A stretch of 32,000 nt of DNA from Candidatus Diapherotrites archaeon CG08_land_8_20_14_0_20_30_16 (lineage in GTDB: Archaea > Iainarchaeota > Iainarchaeia > Iainarchaeales > 0-14-0-20-30-16). Positions within the stretch are counted from its first letter, which is position 1. Every line of letters starts with the position of its first letter. The notes under the pieces are model-generated. The model worked only from the letters and a program-made list of their open reading frames with translations, ran no database searches and was not told where the DNA came from. The stretch is taken from positions 35,784-67,783 of the forward strand of contig PEXK01000050.1 of NCBI GenBank assembly GCA_002779075.1, in the 5' to 3' direction. The position numbers and the translations under genes are program-made. Shown piece by piece: positions 6,602 to 14,055 of the stretch.

Positions 6602-7195
6602 ATGACTAGAACAATTGTATTGCCAAAAGAACTGGAAGAAAGATTATATGGATTAATACAAACACGAGAAGAAAGTAATGGAATTTTGTTGTATAGGAAA
6701 GTTCAAGGTCATTGTTTTGTTGAACATTTGTTTATGACTGGCATTGGAACAGAAGGCAATGTTAAAGCATTTCAAGAAAGGATGAATGTAGTAAATGAAT
6801 TCTTTAGAGCACATCCAGAATATAAATATATAAAATTTCATGCACATACAAAAGGAACTATTGAAAAACATGGTCAAAGATATGCAAGAGAATTTTCTTC
6901 TGGTGATAGAGCAGGTACACAAGAACAATTGAGGCACAATCCAGAATTTATTGCTTTATTAGTAACTCCTGAAACCATCTTATTAGACGCACCAGACAAT
7001 CCACAACTAAGAACTTGTCCATCTTTGCCTAAATTTATGCATGAAAAAGTTCAAAGAAAAATAAATGAAGCTGCAGAACGAATTGGAATTAGGTTAGGTA
7101 ACTTTGATTTAGGTAGATTTTCAGGAACAAGAAGGTTAGCTAGAAGAAGACCCTTTGAAGTTCATAAAAGAGCGCCAAGATCAAGACCGAGATAA
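6602..7195 (+). CDS. JAMM/MPN+-like metalloprotease-fold protein with a basic C-terminal extension
   Basis: 197 aa. EESNGILLY supplies the upstream Glu motif. FHAHTKG supplies HxH. FSSGD supplies SxxD, but 16 residues separate it from HxH instead of the canonical 7. The order and spacing of hydrophobic strands resemble archaeal JAMM proteins. G+C is raised and there are 24 Arg versus 11 Lys. The tail reads ...SGTRRLARRRPFEVHKRAPRSRPR. Confidence 0.55.
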   Translation: MTRTIVLPKELEERLYGLIQTREESNGILLYRKVQGHCFVEHLFMTGIGTEGNVKAFQERMNVVNEFFRAHPEYKYIKFHAHTKGTIEKHGQRYAREFSSGDRAGTQEQLRHNPEFIALLVTPETILLDAPDNPQLRTCPSLPKFMHEKVQRKINEAAERIGIRLGNFDLGRFSGTRRLARRRPFEVHKRAPRSRPR

Positions 7196-7231
7196 TGTAC
7201 CACACACCCTTATAAAAAACACATATTTTAA

Positions 7232-7432
7232 AAGAAATATACAATACAGTATATTGGTGGAAAAATAAATAAACAAGATGTCATTGCTAAAATAGGAAAA
7301 AAGAATTGGTTAAAATTTATACTGTTTATACGTGGACAAACCTGTAGATTAAATAAAGGCAGCACCATTGAATATTATAAATGGGGTGTTAACAATTTTC
7401 TGAAGTTTGAAAAAGACAGATTCTTTGATTAA
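7232..7432 (+). pseudogene. Start-less 66-codon open frame; possible gene remnant
   Basis: The frame is open from the stop at 7229-7231 to TAA at 7430-7432 and contains no ATG/GTG/TTG. Translation: ...IGGKINKQDVIAKIGKKNWLKFILFIRGQTCRLNKGSTIEYYKWGVNNFLKFEKDRFFD. It is faintly reminiscent of the N-terminal SAM-like domain of tyrosine recombinases (weak). Confidence 0.2.
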
Positions 7433-7587
7433 ACAATATGTCCTACGACACATTATAATTTATTACTATAATAATACCGCAAATAATTAATTCATTCTTT
7501 TCAATACTTCTTTCTTTAATTCTATAAATTTAGTAGTTAGTTTAATATTTGAATTATAAAGAAAACCGAAGGTTTCCAAAGGTATAT

Positions 7588-7631
7588 GATTATGATCGTA
7601 TACTTTTATGGCTGTCTGTACGACTATAATC
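7588..7631. repeat. Imperfect inverted repeat / hairpin (13-nt arms, 18-nt loop) followed by a T5 tract
   Basis: GATTATGATCGTA (7588-7600) pairs with TACGACTATAATC (7619-7631): 11 Watson-Crick pairs, one G-T and one mismatch. TATTTTT lies downstream. A related half-site TACGAC(ACAT)TATAAT is at 7444-7459. Confidence 0.6.
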
Positions 7632-7745
7632 GTACACTATTTTTAGTGTAATATTTTCCTATTGACAAGAAAATGAAGAAATAGCACAAAACTACATTGC
7701 TTATTTCAAATATTTATGGAAAACTGTTGCAAAGAAATAACCAAC

Positions 7746-7767
7746 ATAAAATCAGGCTGTTTAGTGT
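7746..7767 (+). repeat. Third copy of the priS promoter-proximal module (ATAAAATCAGGCTGTTTAGTGT), abutting the argS stop codon and pointing antisense into argS
   Basis: 18 of 22 positions are identical to 102-123. The core GCTGT[C/T]TAGTGTG matches at 12 of 13 positions, and the ATAAAAT TATA-like part matches at 7 of 7. Confidence 0.6.
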
Positions 7768-7770
7768 GTG

Positions 7771-9438
7771 TTACATTCTTTCCAAAGGTTTTATGCCCAT
7801 TATTGCAAAGACATCATTAAAAATGCTTTTCATTTTAGTGTAAAATAAGAATCTATTTGCTATTTCTTTGTCTTTTGTTATTAACTTGATGTTAGCATAT
7901 GTTGTATTGAAATGATTTGCCAAGTCAGTAATGTAATTAACTAAAAAATGCACAGATTCCTTTTCTATTGCTTCTGATAATCTATCAGGATATTTTAACA
8001 TTATACGCCCAAGATTTAATTCTTCTTTTGTTTCTAATTTCTCAATACTTTTTAATGGTTTGAATTTAGTTTCTTGCATCTTTTTCAAAAGAGAACAAAT
8101 CCTCGCATAGGAGTACAAAATGTATGGCCCTGAGTTGCCATCGAAAGACAAACTAGTTTTTATATCGAAAACAAAATCTTTCTTAGCATCATATTTCAAA
8201 ATGAAATATTTTATTGCAGCATCAGCAATCTGCTTTGCCTCTCCCTTTAAATCCTCAGAGGATTTATTGGATTGTTTTTCTTTTAATATTTCTAATGCTT
8301 CTTGTCTTATTGCATCTATTAATGTATATGCATCTACAACATTTCCTTCCCTGCTCTTTAATTTGCCAGATGGCAAAGAGATCATTCCATAAGAATAATG
8401 TTCCATTTTATCTGCAATTTCTGGGATGCCAATATGCTCTAAAACTTTTATTAATTTATCAAAATAATCGTTTTGTTCTGAACCAACAACATAAATACTT
8501 TTATCTAATTTGTACTTTTCTATTTTCAACTTTGCCAAATAAATGTCTTGTGTAATATAAATACAGGTGCCATTTTTTCTTAAAACTACTTTATAATCTT
8601 CTGGCTTATCACCAAATTTCACAGTATAGCCTAATTCAGTATCTAATTCTACCTTCCCTTTGTTATAGGCATCAAAAATAATGTCCTTGCCTTTATCATA
8701 GATTTCTGATTCAAAAAACCAAACATCAAAATCAATCCCAAATTCATTATATATTTTCTTCATGCCTTTTAATGCCCAATCATTCATTTTCGTCCATAAC
8801 ACCAAAGTATCTGGGTCTTTTGCTTCCCACTTTAATAAAAGAGCTTCTGCTTCTTCTATTATTTTGGGGTTTTCCTTTTCTGCATTATTGAATAGTACAT
8901 AGCAGTCTCCTACAAACAAATCTGATTTCGTTTTTGCTTCTTCGGGGCTTTTAAATTTAGAAAATTTCATATATGCGAGCATAGATTTGCAAATATGTAT
9001 TCCCCTATCATTAATCAGATTTGCTCTAACTACTTCGTATTTCTTTGATAACAAATTAGATAACGCGTTTCCTAACAAAGTGTTTCTTACATGTCCAATA
9101 TGCAAAGGCTTGTTTGTGTTTGGGCTTGAAAACTCAACCATTACTTTCTTTTTTTCTTTTTTAATACCTATATTAAACTCGTTTAAAAAAAAGACTCTAT
9201 CCAAACAGATATTTACAAAATCATTAACTTGCTCAACGCAAGCTATCCCTTTATTCTTTGTCATTCTTGACTTAAAATCTTGGAAATCCAAATTTTTATT
9301 GGAGATAAAAATAGAACTTGCATAATCATAATTAATTAATTTAGAATCGCTAGTTGTTCTTTGTATTGTATCCAAAGGTATTTTTTTATTTAAAGATTCA
9401 TAAATTAAATTAGATATATATTCTTTCAAAATAAACAC
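7771..9438 (-). CDS. argS: Arginine--tRNA ligase (ArgRS)
   Basis: 555 aa. Class-I HIGH region FSSPNTNKPLHIGHVRNTLLGNAL, an anticodon-binding DALR-type C-terminal domain, and a C-terminal Met as in ArgRS. Confidence 0.95.
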   Translation of the reverse strand: MFILKEYISNLIYESLNKKIPLDTIQRTTSDSKLINYDYASSIFISNKNLDFQDFKSRMTKNKGIACVEQVNDFVNICLDRVFFLNEFNIGIKKEKKKVMVEFSSPNTNKPLHIGHVRNTLLGNALSNLLSKKYEVVRANLINDRGIHICKSMLAYMKFSKFKSPEEAKTKSDLFVGDCYVLFNNAEKENPKIIEEAEALLLKWEAKDPDTLVLWTKMNDWALKGMKKIYNEFGIDFDVWFFESEIYDKGKDIIFDAYNKGKVELDTELGYTVKFGDKPEDYKVVLRKNGTCIYITQDIYLAKLKIEKYKLDKSIYVVGSEQNDYFDKLIKVLEHIGIPEIADKMEHYSYGMISLPSGKLKSREGNVVDAYTLIDAIRQEALEILKEKQSNKSSEDLKGEAKQIADAAIKYFILKYDAKKDFVFDIKTSLSFDGNSGPYILYSYARICSLLKKMQETKFKPLKSIEKLETKEELNLGRIMLKYPDRLSEAIEKESVHFLVNYITDLANHFNTTYANIKLITKDKEIANRFLFYTKMKSIFNDVFAIMGIKPLERM

Positions 9439-9774
9439 CTAAATAGGTAAATTTGTTAAATGCCCTTTTTCTCTAAGTTTTTGCACTTGCAAAGGCAAAA
9501 ATCGCCAAACAACTTCTGCTTTGTTTTCTTCGTATTCTCTTTTCTTAATAATTATAACATCATTCTCTTTTATGAAAATTCTATTTCTTAATTTTCCTGG
9601 TATTCTCACAGCTCTTTCTAACCCATCTTCGCATATTGCTTTGATATATTCTGTACCTGGCATAACTGTAACTAATGCAAACATTTCATTATTGTCTTTA
9701 TCAGGTAATCTTAATTTATATTCCCTAGGGGGTTGATTTTGATTTCTATTATGACTAAAAGCTATATAACTCAC
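9439..9774 (-). CDS. eif1a: Translation initiation factor aIF1A
   Basis: 111 aa with an S1-like OB fold: EMFALVTVMPGTEYIKAICEDGLERAVRIPGKLRNRIFIKENDVIIIKKREY. It is contiguous with the argS start. Confidence 0.9.
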   Translation of the reverse strand: MSYIAFSHNRNQNQPPREYKLRLPDKDNNEMFALVTVMPGTEYIKAICEDGLERAVRIPGKLRNRIFIKENDVIIIKKREYEENKAEVVWRFLPLQVQKLREKGHLTNLPI

Positions 9775-9790
9775 CTCAAAAATATTTATT

Positions 9791-10276
9791 TCAAATTTTT
9801 CTTATTGGATTTATTGCTCCACAAGCATCGCACTTAAGCAACAATACTCCTTTTTCTGTTATTATTCTTGTTTCTGGTTTCTTACACTGTTTGCACAAAA
9901 CAAATTCATCTATATATTTATTATAAATTTGATTTACTTTGTAGGAATTTACCATTCCATTCAATATAATTTTAGTATCATCATTTGTTGCGGGCACACC
10001 TGTTTCTTTTACAAAATACTTTAGCATATGCAAAATTTCCCTTTTCAATGTTTTACAAACTGGTCCTGCATTTTTCAATAAAGTCTTTTTACCTTGTATT
10101 AAATTTTCCAATTCAGGAATAACAAATCTTGCCTCTTCTTTATTGATAGTTTCCAATTGCTTCCTTGCTCTTTGCAACAAAGTGTTATAATCAAATATGT
10201 CTATTTCTGATTTTTCTTGTTTAATTACTTTTGGTTTAGTTTCCTTAATTTGTTTAGAATCTTTTTTTGCTACCAT
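9791..10276 (-). CDS. eif2b: Translation initiation factor aIF2 beta subunit
   Basis: 161 aa. It carries [20 protein letters not shown] and the C-terminal zinc ribbon [35 protein letters not shown] Shine-Dalgarno lies 6 nt upstream of the ATG (plus-strand 10283-10287). Confidence 0.9.
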
Positions 10277-10465
10277 TAAAAATCCTCTTTTTTATTGAAT
10301 GTGTCAAAAACTAAGTGTTCTTGACACTTTGTAAAAGTTTTAGGATTTAAAACTTTCACACTCTGTTATAATTTCTGATTTTCTGAAGAAATTACAACTG
10401 TCCATTAAAATACCTCAAAATTCGACGTTATATATAAAGCTCCTAAGTCTTTTAAAGGTTTACTG

Positions 10466-11107
10466 CTATTTATCCTTGAAAACAAGCACATATTTCGAGA
10501 AAAACTGCCTGACTTGATCAAAAATCTTATCATGACCTTTGGAATTAGGATGCAAACCATCGTCCAAAAAAAGCTTTGGACTTGGCTTAAAAGAATCAGA
10601 AATATCTATAAAATAAACATCATATTCTTTACAAATTTTCTTTATAATTGCATTGTATTTTGAAATTAGCTGATTTGAGTAAGAAACTGTTTTATCCCAT
10701 TCGCAAGGATTTACTCTTGATTCATCTACCTGCGTTAAACCTAAGAAAGCCACCTGAACTTTTAAAGCCTTTGCCTTAACAACTAAATCCTTTACATTAT
10801 CTGTAAAATCATTTTCTGGAACAAGAGGCTTTGCAGCAATATTAGCATATGCAGAATCATTTATTCCAAAAGCAAATAAAACTATTGTTTCTTCAGGATA
10901 ATCTATTCTTTGCATAGCTTCAAAAGTGAACCTTTGCAACAATGTTTGTGATGTATCACCAGGAATGCTTAAATTGTATATAAAATCATAATTTGGCTTG
11001 ATATCTGTATCTAGCTCCAAAAACTTTCTCAACTTAGGTACCCAACCACCCTCTTTATCTGCAATACCATAGCTAATTGAGTCACCAAACACTAAAATAC
11101 TTGCCAT
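10466..11107 (-). CDS. SGNH/GDSL-family hydrolase
   Basis: 213 aa. Block I ILVFGDSISYG (catalytic Ser), block III GINDS and block V DGLHPN (Asp/His). Confidence 0.8.
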   Translation of the reverse strand: MASILVFGDSISYGIADKEGGWVPKLRKFLELDTDIKPNYDFIYNLSIPGDTSQTLLQRFTFEAMQRIDYPEETIVLFAFGINDSAYANIAAKPLVPENDFTDNVKDLVVKAKALKVQVAFLGLTQVDESRVNPCEWDKTVSYSNQLISKYNAIIKKICKEYDVYFIDISDSFKPSPKLFLDDGLHPNSKGHDKIFDQVRQFFSKYVLVFKDK

Positions 11108-11183
11108 GAAAGATATATTTAGTAAAAGGATATAAAGCTTGCCTTAAAGAAAGGTTTTTTTATATGTTGCTTTTGTATATAAT

Positions 11184-11651
11184 ATGGTTAAAACCAAACA
11201 ATTGAGTAATAAGGAATCTAAAGAGCTTATTTTGAAGTTTAATGAATTTGGTATTGATTTAAACAAATATAAAAGATTTGATATAGTTTCTGAAAAAACA
11301 GATATCTTGATTGCAGATAAAGAAACAGTAGGCTTTTATTATGGGAGCAAATGTTTTCCTAGTCTAAAGCTTTTACTTAATATCAATACACAAATACCTT
11401 CGATATATTTAGATTTAGGAGCAATACCTTTTATAACAAAAGGCGCAGACTTAATGAAACCTGGGGTTAAAGACTTGGAAATATTTGAAAAGGGCTCTTT
11501 GGTAATAATGAAAGATGCAATTCACAAAAAACCTTTGGCATTAGGTATTGCAGAATTCAGCTCAGAAGAAATAAAACCTCTGAATAATGGTAAGGTAATA
11601 AAAACAATTCATTATATTGGCGACAATATCTGGAATTATGGCAATAAGTGA
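11184..11651 (+). CDS. PUA-domain RNA-binding protein (Tma20/MCT-1-like)
   Basis: 155 aa. A pre-PUA N-terminal half is followed by a PUA signature: IPFITKGADLMKPGVKDLE...GSLVIMKD...KPLALGIA. Confidence 0.7.
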   Translation: MVKTKQLSNKESKELILKFNEFGIDLNKYKRFDIVSEKTDILIADKETVGFYYGSKCFPSLKLLLNINTQIPSIYLDLGAIPFITKGADLMKPGVKDLEIFEKGSLVIMKDAIHKKPLALGIAEFSSEEIKPLNNGKVIKTIHYIGDNIWNYGNK

Positions 11652-11655
11652 GAAT

Positions 11656-14055
11656 ATGAAAGGATTATTATTAGATGTGTATACAATAAATAATGAAAAT
11701 GAATCCTTCATTAAAGTCTGCATTAAAACAGATAAAGGAAAGGAAGTATTTGAGGATCACCAATTCAAGCCCTATTTTTATTTAATCTCAAATACTGAGC
11801 TTAGCAAAAAGGATTTACAACATTACAATATATTTGCAATTGAACAAACAAAAAAAGATTTAATACAAGTTCACAAATTTGCACACTTTAAAGAAAAGCA
11901 ACTCAGTATTGAGGATCTAAAGAAAACAAACATTTACAAATTAATATTTAACAAAATATGCGATTTAGTAAATGCCCGTTCTAAAATAAAGGACGAAGTA
12001 TTTTATCTAGGCAAATTCGAATACGATATTCTTTTTGATTTTAGATATATAATTGATAAAAATATTTATTGCTTAAAGAATTATGAAATAAATGAAACAA
12101 AAGAAGGCTTACAATTTAAAGATCGTCCTTATATTGAACCCAAACTAAAGAAAATAGCATTTGATATTGAAACATTGGGAAAAAGTACAGACCCAAAAAA
12201 GGAAGCAATTGTTTTATTATCACTTTACAGTAAAAATCCTGAATTTAAGAAAGTTATCGGTTATAAAATGCCAAACAAAGATATTGATTATTATACCCAA
12301 GTTAAAGGAGAAAAAGAATTACTGCAAGAATTCTCAAATACAATAAAGAAATTTGATCCAGACCTGATTTATACTTACAATGGAGACAATTTTGATTTCC
12401 CATTTATTAAAGAAAGGTGTAAAAAACACGATTTATCTGAAGAATTTAATGCATTATTTGGTGCAACAATAACAAAGGGTAACGCACAAGAAACAGATCT
12501 AAAGAACTTTCAACATATTGATGTCTATAAAGTTGTCAGAAGTTTATCTATGAAAGGCTCTTTGAATCTCTTTAAGCTGGATTTAGATACTGTTTACAAT
12601 TATTTATATGGAAAACACAAAGTAGACATACATTACTCAGAAATGGAAAAATACTACAATTCACTAGAATTGTTGGGCAAATTCATAGAGTATAACTTAG
12701 TTGATTCAATGGCATGTTACGAAATTGGCGAAAATTTCTTGGAACAATTTGTAGCATTAAGTCAGGTTACTGGAAAAACACTGCAAGATATTACAAGAAC
12801 TTCTTCTAGTGCAATTGTTGAATCATTAATAATGCATAGAGCAATAAATGAAGACAAAATAATTCCTGCAATTCCTGTTGGTGCAACAGTAGACTCTAGA
12901 CGGGAAAAAAGGTTTAAAGGCGCCTTTGTAAAAGAACCAATTTTAGGGTTACATGAAAATATAGCAATTGTTGATTTCCAATCTCTATATCCTAGTGTTG
13001 TTATTACATACAACATATCTCCTGAAACAATTAACGAAAAAACAAAAAATATTTTCACAGATAAAGATAATAATATATTCTCACAAGATATTTCTGCAAC
13101 AATACCCAAAATGCTAAAAGATGTTTTTGAACAAAGAAATGCAATTAAAAAGAAAATGAAATCTGTACAAAAAGAATCATTGGAATATAAAACCCTTTTT
13201 GCTTATCAATGGTCGTTCAAAACAGTTTTAAACAGCACATATGGATATATGGGTTATGCAAGAGCAAGATGGTATAATTTTAATTGCGGTCAAAGCATTG
13301 CAACAACAAGCAGAGAACACACTATGAAAATAATATCTGAAGCTGAGAAATTTGGTTTTGATGTGATTGCAGGAGATACTGATAGTTGTTTCCTAAAATA
13401 TAAAAAAGATAAAAATGAGGTTTTAGACTTTTTAGATAAAATAAATAAAAAATTGCCCGGAATAATGAAATTATCTTTAGATGGTTTCTACAAAAGAGGC
13501 CTTTTTGTCCAGAAGAAAAGTTCAGAAGATGTTGCAAAGAAGAAATATGCATTAATTGACGAAACTGATAATTTAAAAATTGTTGGATTTGAGTTTGTAA
13601 GGCATGATTGGTCAGAATTAGCAAAAAATACACAAAAGAAAGTCTTAGAGTTTATACTTAAAGAAAAGGATATTGAAAAAGCAAAAAAATATGTTATTGA
13701 TATTTTAAAACAAACACAAGAACATAAATTGCCTAATGATTTATTTGTTATTTACACTCAAATTAGAAAAGATTTAACAGAATATAGTTCTATTGGACCA
13801 GCAGTAAGTGCTGCAAAGAAAGCAATTGCAAAAGGAATTGCAATAAATGAATCTTTTGTTGGATTTATTGTTACTAAAAATGGCAAAACAATTTCAGACA
13901 AAGCAGAATTGGCCCAATATGTGAAAGAAGGAGATTATGACTCTGATTATTATATTGATAATCAGATAATACCAAGTGTTAAAAACATTTTCTCAGTATT
14001 TGGTATATCTGAAGATCAGTTAATGAGCAAACCCAGTCAGAAAAAGTTATTTTAG
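11656..14055 (+). CDS. polB: Family-B DNA polymerase (PolB)
   Basis: ExoI FDIET, ExoII YNGDNFDFPFI, ExoIII YNLVDS, PolA DFQSLYPSV, PolB KTVLNSTYGYMG, PolC IAGDTDS. I prefer the ATG at 11656 (MKGLLLDVY...). An in-frame ATG at 11617 would overlap the PUA gene by 35 nt. Confidence 0.95.
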   Translation: MKGLLLDVYTINNENESFIKVCIKTDKGKEVFEDHQFKPYFYLISNTELSKKDLQHYNIFAIEQTKKDLIQVHKFAHFKEKQLSIEDLKKTNIYKLIFNKICDLVNARSKIKDEVFYLGKFEYDILFDFRYIIDKNIYCLKNYEINETKEGLQFKDRPYIEPKLKKIAFDIETLGKSTDPKKEAIVLLSLYSKNPEFKKVIGYKMPNKDIDYYTQVKGEKELLQEFSNTIKKFDPDLIYTYNGDNFDFPFIKERCKKHDLSEEFNALFGATITKGNAQETDLKNFQHIDVYKVVRSLSMKGSLNLFKLDLDTVYNYLYGKHKVDIHYSEMEKYYNSLELLGKFIEYNLVDSMACYEIGENFLEQFVALSQVTGKTLQDITRTSSSAIVESLIMHRAINEDKIIPAIPVGATVDSRREKRFKGAFVKEPILGLHENIAIVDFQSLYPSVVITYNISPETINEKTKNIFTDKDNNIFSQDISATIPKMLKDVFEQRNAIKKKMKSVQKESLEYKTLFAYQWSFKTVLNSTYGYMGYARARWYNFNCGQSIATTSREHTMKIISEAEKFGFDVIAGDTDSCFLKYKKDKNEVLDFLDKINKKLPGIMKLSLDGFYKRGLFVQKKSSEDVAKKKYALIDETDNLKIVGFEFVRHDWSELAKNTQKKVLEFILKEKDIEKAKKYVIDILKQTQEHKLPNDLFVIYTQIRKDLTEYSSIGPAVSAAKKAIAKGIAINESFVGFIVTKNGKTISDKAELAQYVKEGDYDSDYYIDNQIIPSVKNIFSVFGISEDQLMSKPSQKKLF

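Noticed and set aside
7124-7135. Identical 12-mer GGAACAAGAAGG at 7124-7135 and 14856-14867 as evidence of recent shared DNA origin of the two tails
   Set aside because: Chance 12-mer identities are expected many times among all position pairs in a 32-kb AT/purine-rich sequence, and the flanking nucleotides diverge immediately. Only the peptide-level similarity is retained as an observation.
7588-7640. H/ACA-type guide RNA interpretation of the 7588-7631 hairpin followed by ACA (7634-7636)
   Set aside because: The stem is continuous, with no pseudouridylation pocket. The loop has no K-turn/K-loop GA pairs. The ACA could be coincidental.
99-7770. Idea that the direct repeats at 102-123 and 7746-7767 are att-like boundaries of an integrated mobile element carrying priS through the JAMM-like gene
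   Set aside because: The enclosed genes include single-copy housekeeping functions (aIF2 alpha, PAC2 chaperone, GINS, Rad50). The repeat coincides with a functional-looking core promoter. The only integrase-like trace is a weak, start-less 66-codon frame. I keep it only as a minor alternative in the findings.
7716-7820. 34-codon Cys-rich plus-strand ORF (MENCCKEITNIKSGCLVCVTFFPKVLCPLLQRHH) running from the noncoding gap into the argS 3' end
   Set aside because: It is short, overlaps argS antisense, and has no SD or correctly spaced TATA. It is probably fortuitous.
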